Source: Glaucostegus cemiculus (taxonomy: Eukaryota). From it: DNA of 64,000 nucleotides. Positions 51,011 to 62,799 of this stretch are shown here, one piece after another. The notes under the pieces are model-generated. The model did no database searches. It saw nothing but the letters and a program-made list of their open reading frames with translations, and had not been told where the DNA came from. The position numbers and the translations under genes were made by a program. Within the stretch, counting starts at the first letter, position 1; each line of letters begins with the position of its first letter. The stretch lies in contig CDPCPM010000025.1 in the NCBI GenBank assembly GCA_976551045.1, positions 4,774,001 through 4,838,000 of the forward strand. Direction: 5' to 3'.

Positions 51011-52191
51011 ATGGATCACAGCTGACAACCCTGACTAATTTGCCTTTATATTGACTTTAATAAAGATGTCTCATTGCAAAACCCATAATTAGCTTTTTCT
51101 TATTCACTTCAAAGTAGAGGACACAACCCTCTATTTCACATGTTCTAATAAGGAAGGAGTTGTACACTATCTGATAAAGAGTTCTTTACTGACATAGGAA
51201 ATCCCAAAAGTAACCACCGATATGTTGATTCAACATTATTAAAGTAACAATCCATTACCTTCAAATTTTACATGTTAACATCATACAGTTAATTGAAACA
51301 TATGGCTGAATTATAATTCCATGCCAGTTAATCCCTCATCAGTATGGCAGAACATGAACAGATACTTAAAAGGTATTGGAATTGTACCGAGGTATGTTGA
51401 AAAGCTTGTCTTGTATATCGTTCATACAGATCAATTCATTACACAGAGCATTGAGGCAGTATAAGGTAAAACAATAACAGAATGCAGGATAATGTGTAAT
51501 AGCTACAAAATGCAATGCAGGTAGACGATAAAGTGCAAGGTCATAATGAGGTAGATTGTGAGGTCAAGATTCCATCTTATAGTACTAGGGAACTGTTCAG
51601 TAGTCTTATAACAGTGGGATAGGAGCTGCCGTTGAGCCTGCTGATACGTGCTTTCAGGCTTTTGTGTCTTCTGGCCAATAGGGATGGGGAGAAGAGAGAA
51701 CATGTGGGGTGGGTGGGGACTTTGATTATGTTGGCTGTTTTACCGAGGCAGCGAGAGGTTTAGACAGAGTTCATGGAGGGGAAGCTGGTTTCCGTGATGT
51801 GCTAAGCTGTGTCCACAACTCTCTGCAGCTTCTTGTGGTCTCAGGCAGAACAGTTGCCATACCAAGCCGTGATGCATCCAGATAGGATGCTTTCTATGGT
51901 GCATCGATAAAAATTAGTGAAGGTCGATGGGATATGCCAAATTTCTTTAGCCTCCTGAGGAAGTAGAGGCACGAGAGAGCTTTCTTGGCCATGGCATCTA
52001 CGTGGTTGACCAGGACAGGCTATTGGTGTTGTTCACTCCCGGGAATTTGAAGCTCACAACCCTCTTGACCTCAGCACCATTGATGTAGTCATGAGCATGA
52101 GCATGTGCACTGCCCCCCTTTCTGAAGTCAATGATCAGTTCTGTTTTGCTGACATTGAAAGAAAGGTTGTTGTGGCTAATAAATAAACTAC

Positions 52192-52427
52192 TGTAGCGAC
52201 TCACGATATCAGGATCTGAAACGCCGTCGGCCATCGCGGGGCAAACGCGCGAGTTCCTGCGATAGTGCCGGAAGGCGGGACTTCCGGCGGGAGTATGGCG
52301 TCACTTCTGCCGGCCATGTTTTTTGTAGTTCGGGATATGCGCGGCTTTTGGTGAGTTATTAAAAACGTGCTCAATCGAGTCTCCGTGTTCTCGTGTTCTT
52401 TTAAGTCGCACCCTGCTGGCTGCTACA
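52192..52427 (+). repeat. 5' LTR
   Basis: TGTAGC...GCTACA; direct repeat of 56204-56439. Confidence 0.97.
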
Positions 52428-52429
52428 TT

Positions 52430-52443
52430 TGGTGACCCCAATG
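52430..52443 (+). promoter_or_regulatory. Primer-binding site, tRNA-Trp
   Basis: tggtgaccccaatg versus the canonical tRNA-Trp PBS TGGTGACCCCGACG; both differences are CpG-type transitions. Confidence 0.85.
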
Positions 52444-52465
52444 ATTCCAGACAGCATCTGGAATC

Positions 52466-53158
52466 ATGGATACTGACTCCCACAACGCCATGGTACTCAA
52501 GCTTCCGGTTTTCTGGACCTCGCAGCCTCAAGTCTGGTTTGAAAAGGCAGAGGCCCAGTTCAGCGTCAGGGGCACCGAAGCCGACGCCACAAAGTATTAC
52601 TGCATGGTCAACGCCCTCGACCAGGACACGGCTGGTCGCATCATCGATTTCCTACGCCAGCCACCGACGGAGGACAGGTACGCCCGAATCAAGGCTCTCC
52701 TCATCCGCACGTTCGGCCTTTCCCTCAGCGACCGAGCCACGAGGCTCCTCCATGTGGACGGCCTAGGCGACCGCAAGCCCTCTGAGTTGATGGACGAGAT
52801 GCTGGCACTCATGGACGACCATCAGCCATGTTTCCTGTTCCGGCAGCTATTCCTCGAGCAACTCCCGGATGATATGCGCCCCCTCCTCGCCGACGGAGAT
52901 TTCAGCGACCTGCGTGCCCTCGCGGCCACAGCGGATGTCATTTGGTGCAGTCGGCGGCGAGGAGTGGCCTCCGCTTGCGTAGCGGCAGCCTTGCAGCCTC
53001 TGGCTAAGGTTCCGAAACCCAAACCGTCAGGGCCCGCAGAGGACAAAGACAAAGGCCCAGGGCAGTGGTGTTTCTACCACAAGAGGTGGGGAACAAATGT
53101 GCGCCGCTGCCAGCCGCCATGTTCTTTCCCGGGAAACGCCGAGGCCGGCCGTCATTAG
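52466..53158 (+). CDS. gag: Retrotransposon Gag (230 aa, open frame) with CHCC zinc knuckle
   Basis: LKLPVFW..PQVWF..AEAQF, LGDRKPSELM and C-terminal CFYH-x9-C-QPP-C. Confidence 0.9.
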   Translation: MDTDSHNAMVLKLPVFWTSQPQVWFEKAEAQFSVRGTEADATKYYCMVNALDQDTAGRIIDFLRQPPTEDRYARIKALLIRTFGLSLSDRATRLLHVDGLGDRKPSELMDEMLALMDDHQPCFLFRQLFLEQLPDDMRPLLADGDFSDLRALAATADVIWCSRRRGVASACVAAALQPLAKVPKPKPSGPAEDKDKGPGQWCFYHKRWGTNVRRCQPPCSFPGNAEAGRH

Positions 53159-53192
53159 TGGGTTCGACGGCTGGCCAGCGAGACAGCCTACT
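53131..53192 (+). promoter_or_regulatory. Putative -1 ribosomal frameshift signal (G GGA AAC + stem-loop/pseudoknot)
   Basis: The heptamer is in gag phase and pol is in the -1 frame. Stem 53143-53153/53166-53176; loop 53157-53164 can pair with 53185-53192. Confidence 0.8.
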
Positions 53193-56100
53193 CTTCCTTT
53201 GAGACCGGATCACTGGGCGGCGTTTCCTGGTGGATATGGGGGCCGAAATCATCGTCCTTCCCCCCTTCAACATGGATACCCGCAACGCAGTCAAAGGCCC
53301 TGAACTCACCGCTGCGAACGGCTCTACCATCCGCACCTACGGCTTGCGCACCATCCTGTTATGTTTTGGGATCAGTTCATTTACCTGGACTTTCACTGTA
53401 GCAGCGGTATTGCAGCCACTGCTAGGGTTGGATTTCGTGCGTGCCAACCGCTTGCTGGTCGATCTGAAGGGCCGGTGTCTGGTCCATGCTGAGACTTTCC
53501 AAAGCTACCAGCTCGGGAAGGCCCGGTCACCTGCCCCCCACCTTGACTCTGTTGCACCCTCCAACAACAAGTTTGCTAAGGTGTTAGCAGAGTTTCCTTC
53601 CATTATCACCCCGCAATTCTCCGCTGCAGTCCCCAAGCACGGCGTGCAGCACTACATCACCACACAGGGACCTCTGCTACACGCCCGTGCCCGCAGGTTC
53701 CCGCCCGACAAGCTCCGCCTCGCCAAGGAGGAGTTTCGCAGGATGGAGGAGTTGGGCATCATCCGCCGTTCCGACAGCCCATGGGCATCCCCGCTCCGCA
53801 TGGTGCCCAAAGCAGCGGGGGGCTGGAGACCCTGGGGAGACTACAGGAGGCTCAATGATGCCACGACTGCCGACAGGTACCCTGTGCTCCACATCCAGGA
53901 CTTCACAGCGAACCTCCATGGGGCGACCATTTTCTCTAGGATTGACCTGGTCCGGGGATACCATCAGATCCCTGTTCACCCCGACGACGTGCCCTAAACA
54001 GCCCTCATCACCCCCTTTGGGCTGTTCGAATTCCTCCGAATGCCTTTCGGCCTAAAAAACGCCACCCAGACTTTTCAACGGCTAATGGACTCAGTGAGCA
54101 GAGGCCTCAATTTCACTTTTGTGTACCTGGATGACATCCTGGTAGCCAGCAAGTCGCGCAAGGAGCACTCAGCCCATCTCCGTCAGCTCTGCCAGCGCCT
54201 GAGCGACCACGGGTTGGTGATCAACTTGGCGAAGTGCCAGTTCGGGCTGCGGGAGATCGACTTCTTGGGCCACAGGGTGAACCAGCATGGCGCCGCCCCG
54301 CTACCCGACAAGGTACAGGCCGTCCTCCAATTTCCCAAGCCCTACACGGTCAAGGGCCTGCAAGAATTCGTGGGAATGGTGAACTTTTACCATCGTTTTG
54401 TGCCCGCAACAGCACGCATCATGCGGCCCTTGTTCGGACTCATGGCCGGCAAGGCCAAGGATGTTGTTTGGGACACGGAGGCCTCGGCAGCTTTCGATCA
54501 GGCTAAGGAGGCACTGGCCAAGGCAACACTTCTGGTGCACCCAAGAGTCGACATCCCCACAGCGCTCACTGTCGACGCTTCCGACACGGCGGTCGGTGGG
54601 GTCTTGGAACAACTCGTTGAGGGCCAGTGGAGACTGCTTGCTTTTTTCAGCCGATATTTGTGGCCGCCAGAGGTCAGGTACAGCGTTTTTGATAGGGAGC
54701 TGCTGGCTCTTTACCTGGCTGTCCGCCATTTCCGTTATTTCCTTGAGGGGAGGTACTTTACCATCTATACGTTTGCCCTGGCAAAGACGTCGGACCCGTG
54801 GTCGGCTCGGCAGCAACGGCACCTCTCCTTCATTTCGGAGTTTACCACCGACATTCGCCACATCGCTGGGAAGAGCAATGTGGTCGCCGACATGCTGTCC
54901 CGCTCCCACATCCATTCAGCGACCACCCCAGCCACAGGCGTCGACTACACAGTGCTGGCGCAAGCGCAGCAGGCAGATGACGAGATCCCGGCATACTGCA
55001 CCTCGCTCTCGGGACTCCGGCTGGAAGATGTTCCTGTTGACCCTACGGCGATCCGGCTCCTGTGTGACATGTCTACTGGCAGACCCTGGCCGGTGGTGCC
55101 AGCAGCGTGGAGACGACTGGTTTTCGACGCCCTGCATAGCCTGGCCCACCCGCCCATCAGGGCGACTATCAGGATGGTGGCAGAAAAATTCGTATGGCAT
55201 GGTCTACATAAGCTGGTGGGGCAGTGGGCCAGAACCTGCATGCACTGTCAGACAGCCAAGGTCCAGCAGCACGTGAAGGCTCCCCTCCATCATTTTCAGC
55301 CAACGCTTGGCAGGTTCCAGCACATTCACGTGGACATCGTCGGACCACTGCCAGTTTCCCGGGGCGCCAGGTATATTTTCACTGTGGTGGACAGGTTCAC
55401 CAGGTGGCCAGAGGCAGTGCCGCTGGCAGACACGTCCACCACGTCCTGTGCCAGAGCCCTCATTGCCCACTGGATTGCCCGGTTTGGCCTCCCAACGGAC
55501 GTTATCTCCGACCGAGGGGCGCAGTTCACGTCCGGCTTGTGGACGGCACTGGCGCAGCTCTTGGGTTCCCTCCTGCATCACACCACGGCATACCACCCGC
55601 AGGCCAATGGTTTGGTGGAGCGTTTCCACCGGCACCTCAAGTCCGCCCTGATGGCTCGCATGCAGGGACCTAACTGGACAGACGAGCTCCCCTAGGTCCT
55701 GCTGGGCATCTGTACGGCCCCCAAGGAAGATTTGGGCACCTCCTGAGCCAAGCTGGTCTACGCTTCCCCCCTCACGGTACCGGGCGAGTTTGTACCAGGG
55801 GCTCAGGACCCAGCAGGGACCCCGGCGGAAGTGTCAGCGAAGCTGCGGGCCAAGGTGGGGACCTTGGCACTGATCCCGGCCTCCAGGCACGGCACAGCGC
55901 CTTCTTTCGTTCCGAAGGACCTCCAGGGCTGTGAGTATGTTTTCATCCGCCGGGGGGCACATGGGTCACCCCTGCAGAAGCCGTACGAGGGGCCTTTCCA
56001 GGTGGTTCGGCGCGGTGGTTCAACATATGTCATCGAGGTTGGGGGTCGTGAGCAGACTTTCACAGTGGACTGCCTGAAGCCGGCGCATCTGGACATTGCA

Positions 56101-56208
56101 CACCCGGTCAGGGTGCCTTCGCCACGCCGGCGGGGTAGGCCTCCCAAGCTGGGCGATTGGGTTGATGGCCCCGTGCCTCCGCTGGGCATTTCTGGGGGGG
56201 TGGTGTAG
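53131..56208 (+). pseudogene. pol: Gypsy pol (protease, RT, RNase H, integrase) with premature stops
   Basis: FLVDMGAE (protease-like), YLDD, VDASD, H-H-C-C Zn finger, HIHVDIVGP..SDRGAQF..VERFHR. Stops at ~53200, 53995 and 55693; the RNase H DHKPL motif is deleted. Confidence 0.93.
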
Positions 56209-56439
56209 CGACTCACGATATTGGGATCTGAAACGCCGCCGGCCGTCGCGGGGAAACGTGCGAGTTCCCGCGATAGTGCCGGAAGGCGGGACTTCCGGTG
56301 GGAGTATGACGTCACTTCCGCCGGCCATGTGTTTTTGTAGTTCGAGATATGTGCGGCTTTTGGTGAGTTATTAAAAACGTGCTCGATTGAGTCTCCGTGT
56401 CCTTGTGTTCTTTTAAGTCGCACCCTGCTGGTTGCTACG
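56204..56439 (+). repeat. 3' LTR
   Basis: Direct repeat of the 5' LTR; terminal CA mutated to CG. Confidence 0.97.
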
Positions 56440-58364
56440 CTACAGTGGTATCACTAGCAAACTTGTAGATGGAGTTAGAGCCAAATCTGGCCACACAGAC
56501 ATGAATGTATAGGAAGCAGAGAGGGGGCTGAGGATGCAGCTTTGTGGGGTACTAGTGTTGAGAATAATCGTGGCAGAGGTGTTGCTGCCTATCCTTACTG
56601 AATGTCGTCTGTTGGTCAGGAAGTCAAGGGTCCAGTTGCAAAGGGAAGTGAGGGGTCTCAGGTCTTGGAGCTTGGTGATGTTTGTTTGGAGTTATAGTAT
56701 TGAAGACGGAGGTGTAGTCAATAAACAATCGTCTAATGTAACAAAGGTAGACCTTTAAACTCCACTGAGTTTCCCTGTGCAGCATCTGGGCTGTTGTAGC
56801 AGGCAACCATTCTGTGTGTGATCTCTGATTGCCACAAGCCCCTTTATTTTGTTGGGTGAGGTCCAATATGGTTGACACGTGCTTGGGGGCCATTCCCTTA
56901 GAGCTACATTGGGACTTGAGGCAACTTAAAGGGGTGCATGAAACTCAGCCTTAACAAAAGTGCATATGATGTAAGTGCGGAGGAGTGCAAGTAAATCTCT
57001 CCACAATTGATAATACTCCTGTCTATTAATTCTGCTCATCCTCGAATTGCTGTGCACCTGCTTAACATTGGCATTCATTATTTCCTGTGTTGCTATGGTA
57101 ATTATAATGGATAATATAAAATTTGACACACTTCTATGATCTCTACCCTATTTGGTTACACCTGCTCAATTATGTGCAGATGCTTACATTCCCCTGTGAA
57201 AAAAGGTGCTTAAACCATGGCAGGCAACAATGGGGCAGAATCTTGCTACACCAGAAAAATAATGTGACTGCTCAAGAGCAAAATTCACCCTATAATTTAC
57301 ATCATCAGTAAAGCAAGGGTTAAGGAGGGAATTCCATCCTAATTTGAGTGTGATTAAAATCAATGTATCCAAGAGGCTAGAACTGATTCATTTATTATCA
57401 GCTAAACAGTATTCACAATTTATAGAGGTAGCAGCCACAGTGATAGCATTACAATTAAAGAGTGATTTTTTTTCTGGGACTGGCCAATGATGTGATCTAA
57501 TTTCCTGAGCAAGAAGGAAGAGCAAGAAGGCACACAATGATGACTTGTGACCAGGGACACCCAGTCAAACTTCAAGAATGGAGTGATTGAACTCAGAAAT
57601 GTTCGCAATTGCACCCCACTTTGAAAATATCCAATTTTCTGTTATGTAATGTGGCAAAAGCAGCTCTATACATCTGAACACGTACATATTTAACATAAGT
57701 TCATAAGAAACAGACGTAAAAGCAGGCCATTTGGTCCCTAATGACTGTTCTATCATTCAGTAATATCATGGCTGATCTAATCTTGACCTCAACTCTATCT
57801 TTCTCCTTGGTTCCTATAACCATTGACTCCTCCAGTGTGACCCCCCATACAGATGCTGGATGTAACCCACTGCTGGACAGTGAAGCGGGGCACGTGAAGA
57901 TACCAAATACAAATTTAACAATTATATGTCTAGAAATTCATCCTTTTTTGTTAAGTTGAGATATTGTTACATTAGGCACCAACACCAAATCGGGTACCAA
58001 TAGAAAAATAAATCATAATATTGGCCAAAATCAGGTCTTAAATAGCATTGGGATGGCTTAGACCCAGAAACAAGCACCGAAACAGGACTGATATGATGCC
58101 AGTGCTTTGCCCTTGATGTAGTACTGTGTGGCAATCAGAGAAGGAAGTCAGCATTTGAAGGTGCACTCTGTATGGCAGCCACACAGCAGCACGACTGCCA
58201 TAAAGAAGACAGAGGCTGCAAGGAGAGCCTCCTCATTCACTTAAAGAGACATGCAAGTCCTGGTAAATGAGGAATGTGTCAAAAGTGAGGTCTATGTGAC
58301 AAATGGTGGGAGACCAGCCAGGACGTGGCTATGGTAGTCTCTTCTGGTTTTTTCCATACATCCT

Positions 58365-58630
58365 AGAAAGTAGCCATTCGGCCCATCAAGCCTGTTCTTT
58401 GAGCAATTGCATCATTCCTCACTTATTTCCTTTGCACTTTCACATGCCCAGAAACTACCTCTAATTCTCTTACCACCAAGCTGCGCGCGGGACAACTTAC
58501 AGGTGGTAATTACCTTCTAACCAGCATTTCTTTGTGATGTGGGATGAAACCGGAGGACCTGAGAGAAACCCACATCCTTACAGGGAGAACATGCATTGGA
58601 GGTTGTTACCACACCTGGGTCACTGGGAGG
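58365..58630 (-). mobile_element. Degenerate V-SINE
   Basis: gtgggatgaaaccggaggacctgagagaaacccac..gggagaacatgca is the reverse complement of the V domain. Confidence 0.7.
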
Positions 58631-60914
58631 TAACAGCTTTACCGGTTGCAGCACTTTTCCTTCCATGAGTGAGAATCCCCACATAATGGAGAGATGTACA
58701 AAGAAGTGCCTACAAAATGTCAGTGTGATTTGCACACTGTACTGCAAAGTGTACTGCAACCATGGATCTGAATCCTTTAACCAGGGTGCCAAGCATCAGG
58801 AGACACAGAAGTGCTGCACCAAGTCTTTTAGTAATTGGAGCAATGATGTGTTAATTGATGTGTTATAATCATTGAAGTGTGCCTACAAAACAGCATGTGA
58901 GCAAGTTTTATGCATCATCTATGCTCCCCTGCCTGATTATTGGTAACAAGAGGAATGTGGAGAGTGTTTCTTGGGACTGTGCTTTTGTGGGCTCCTTAGC
59001 ATAAATGTCCCTCTCTATTAGGGAGCTCCTTAGAGCGTGCATCATCAGTGTTTGCCTCCTCAGCTCAGCTGGAAGGCAAGGCTGTGGATGCTGAGCAGGA
59101 GCATGCCCTGGTGGTCACTTTCTTTTAGTCCTTTTGCTTCTGCTGGTCTTCAGACTCTGCCTCATAGAATCAAGCTTAGGACCTCCTTGCTGCCCTTCAT
59201 CTGACACTGTCTACAATTTTTAGACTGTGCAGAAAAGTCCATATCTTCCTGGCAAGTACTGCAGGGCACCCACAGAATAAAGCAGGTGACAAATTTGCAT
59301 TAACGTAAGGCAATTTTCTCATGATCCACAGTGAGCTACACGTTGTGAAGTTTGAAACCTCACAGGTAAAGGACTGTACAATAGGTGAACTTATTTCCCT
59401 GCAGATAGTATAGTGCCTACATCAACACCCTAATTTAGCAGTGAGTAACAGATTGGAAGGCATGGCAGAGATCTGCAGCAGCTGGTTGGAATAATCATGA
59501 GGTAAGTACATTGATAATATGATCTTGTCCTCCTCAGAGAGACTAGTCCAGACATGAGAGGAGGGCCAAACGTCATCCTTCAATGTCACATATCTCAAGG
59601 ATGACAACTTTGAAAAGTCTGAGCTTGCAAATGCATTGGCTGCCAGACAGGTCTAGGGAGCATCTGGCTTCATTGAAGATTCTTTGCCTGCCCCCAGGTC
59701 TTCAACCCAGCCTCAGTGGCTTTCTGTTGACATACTGAAGTTTCCAATAACAGGGAGCTATTGACAGTATCACAACTAAGCTACTCATTCATCCACTAAA
59801 TCCTGAACAAAGACCCACTCAGTTGCAGCACAGTCTATGGAACTTGTGTAGTCTGAGAGCCTGCAATGAATTTTGAAGCTGCCCAGTCAAGTCTCCTGGT
59901 GTCTCTTTATATAGAGGGGAAAGCAAAAAATTTGTGATATGTGCTTTCAGTTCTGCTGAGACTATTCCACAACAGTTATAGTATTAGAGGTTTGAATTCC
60001 AATTTATATTGATGTGGATGGAAAAGGGTATTAAGCAAATATTGATGCTTTTAGGTGTACACTTAATGCCAGGAAAAGGTCGGGTGTACTAACATGGTTT
60101 ACAAACAAAGTGCCTGGTCCAGTTTTGCTATTGGCCCAGTTTCACCCAGAAATGATCTGTTTCAACTAGAATTGAATTTTGCCTGATTAGTAATTAAAAA
60201 TAGAATCCTATTCAATCCATTTTCTAGGCATCTGGATCTTTTTTCTACTGATTTTTTTTTTGTTTTGTTTTCCTTATCTTGATTTCATAGCAGTTTAATT
60301 TCCCACTGCACTAATTACATTTACTTCAAGGAGCTTGGTACTATTCCAATTAAGTGTAGCAAATTCTGTCCAAGTAGTCTCTCCCATTCAGACATTGCTC
60401 TGTGTCCAGGAAAGATGAGAATTTACTTTTTATGTGTTTTGTCATACATTAATTATCTAAGTTAAGGAGGAATGGATCTGAGAGGTTTCATTAGGTTCCC
60501 AGGAAGTGAACTAGTACCAGATCATGTTTGGACAAGAGAAACATTATGCTGATTTCCAGCTACAACCTTGCATTGCTTCTCCATATTGAACACCACTTGG
60601 AAGAAACACAGAAAGGAGAGATCTAAATTTATACAGTGCCCTTCTCAACTTCAGGATGGCTAAAAATGCTTTACAGTTTCCAAAGGCTATTTGCTACACC
60701 ACAGTATCATGTTTTTGTTCTTGGTTACCAAAATGGAACTGAGTTTTGCAAATGGAGCAGCCACTATTATAACACATGTTTAGCACAAACAACCAAGGAA
60801 AAACTTCTACTTTTTTTGTGGATTTGTCGTTTTACTCAATATAGTTGTTCACAACTGTACACTTCTATATAAAGTCTGGTCTCTCAGGACTTTCTTGTAT
60901 AAATCCCCAATTTA

Positions 60915-61340
60915 CAGGTCCTCCTCAGCTTATGAACACCTGAATGATGGACACCCCATACCCACAAACAATTATTTGGGAGATTGGCCAGATGGATTTG
61001 CCATCTGCTGTGGGGCTGCAGGCATCTTCAGCTGGATGAGATCGGGGCATTTGAGTGTGCTTTCTCTCCACCCCTTCCCTCCTCATCCCCTAAAATTTGC
61101 TGCTATTGGGGCTGGGTTGAACCAAGCAGAGCTGGGAGTGCTGAGCAGGCTCACTTAGTCACTCATTAACTCAGTGAGGCCGGCTGATGGCTGCTCTTCC
61201 TGCACCTGTTTGTTCTCCCATCACAGCTGTTGCTGTGATCATCTCCCACAGCCCGTTTTTGTTCATTTCCAAATTACAAACAGTTCCGGTTACGTAAAAT
61301 TCTCAGGAATGGAACCTTGTCGTAACCTGGGAACTGCCTG
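60915..61340. mobile_element. Non-autonomous Tc1/mariner (Tigger/pogo-like) DNA transposon/MITE
   Basis: TA|CAGGTCCTCCTCAGCTTATGA ... TCGTAACCTGGGAACTGCCTG|TA: imperfect TIRs of the CAGGYAGTCCCCGRCTTACGA type, with TA TSD. Confidence 0.7.
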
Positions 61341-62374
61341 TACTCTTCTGGGGGAAAGTCATTCATTTCCCTCTCTTCCTCCTCATCTGGAATGACCACT
61401 TCACAGAACGTATCTCTGCTGTGTTTTGGGATAATGTTCCACAGAAAATGTTTTAGTTTGAAGAATTTAAGGCAAAGTAAGATTTTCTAAATTGTTGAGG
61501 GAAAAGCTGTTTAAGATTGTTGAGGGACCAGAGATTAAAGTTGCTTTGATGAAATCTGAAAATAATAAGCAATTTGTTAGTCTGTTTTGATAATGAATAA
61601 AGACTTCATCCACTCTTTTGGGAGGTGCCTAGTCCCTGATGACTAGCAAGATCTGGAGCTCCATTCTGTTTGTGAACAGATGGTGGTGAAATACGTAATA
61701 AAAGACACACGGCAATCTGGTGCTTTAATCAGAATTCTTCAAAATGCAAGGCTTTGCTGTTTTTAAGTTGTGCAAGATGACACACTGATATTCATTATGT
61801 TTTGATGTTACTTGCTGACATATTAGGGAAGTATCTGGCCTTGTTAACATCTGTTTGGGTGCAATTGTAGTGCTTGGGTGCAAATTTTCACCTCAGTGGA
61901 AGAGGAAGCTATACTGGTGAAGTTGTCACTGGTAACTCCTGACAGATATAACTAGAGCAGCCAGATCTTGACATTAATCATTACATAAACCTGATTTATT
62001 GCTACACTAGTGTGTTGGAGCTCATCTCGCTAGTATGAACTTTACATGAATGAACAGGAGTTAAACAGCACAGAAGGACAAACCTTCCTCACCACCTTGG
62101 AGGCTATTTAAGGATATCATATCAATTGCTGTTCAATTTCTTCAGATGTTGGTACAATTCTAGGATTGTCTTGTGATTTCCAGAGTTGCCTCAGGTTGCA
62201 GAGGTCTGTAGGGATTTAAGGAGTTAAGGAGTGGTGTGGCAGGTGCTGAATGAGTTGCTGTTGAATTTAATGCCTCTTCATAAGCCAGTTGCAGCCAGAA
62301 ATGGGTGCATTAGTAGGTATTCCCCTTGGAAACTAGCATGACTACAGCGGAAGCAGGTCAGATCAAAACACAGA

Positions 62375-62780
62375 ATGATAAAGTTGTATAGCCCAGAAAG
62401 GGACCCTTCATCCCATCACGTCCGTGCTGACCTTTTTTCCTATCGGTACTGATCCCATTTGCCTGCACTAGGTCTGTGTCCTTCCATGCCTTTCCTACAT
62501 AAGTGTCCGCCTAGATGTCTCTTGTCAAGGTGATTGTATCTGACTCCACCGCCTTCTTTGGCGGCGGGTTCCAGATATTAACCATTCCTTTGCAAAAAAT
62601 GTTCTCCTCAAATCCCCTTAAAATTTTTTCCTCTCTTGGAAGGAAATCTATACCCTTTTGTTTTTGACATCCCCACCACGGGAATAAGGTTCTATTTTCT
62701 ATCTAAATATTCTATCTATGGCTCTTATAATTTTATATACCTCTGTCAGGGCACCCCTCAGCCTCCTTCACTCCAGGAAC
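62375..62780 (-). mobile_element. CR1 3' fragment
   Basis: Antisense CR1 C-terminus and 3' UTR (gggacccttcatcccatcacgtccgtgctgacc). Confidence 0.75.
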
Positions 62781-62799
62781 AACAAACAATACAACACAA

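Larger units (their letters stand above)
52192..56439 (+). mobile_element. Full-length Ty3/Gypsy LTR retrotransposon, CsRN1-like clade, decayed
   Basis: 236-bp LTRs, TSD CTAC (52188-52191, 56440-56443), tRNA-Trp-like PBS, gag, pol (PR-RT-RH-IN), G-rich PPT at ~56194-56203. Confidence 0.97.
51372..56740 (-). mobile_element. 5'-truncated Rex-Babar LINE (51372-52191 and 56440-56740), split by the Gypsy element
   Basis: Reverse complement of ~14610-15810 ([25 protein letters not shown], same 3' UTR). Confidence 0.92.

Noticed and set aside
54301-56423. Long alternative-frame and antisense ORFs (54398-55276, 54301-54915, 55803-56423, etc.)
   Set aside because: Shadows of the GC-rich Gypsy pol and LTRs; no recognisable domains.
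58150-59900. Possible decayed Harbinger/Myb-like transposon or spliced gene remnant
   Set aside because: Only a vague compositional resemblance; no TIRs, TSD or translatable motif could be confirmed.
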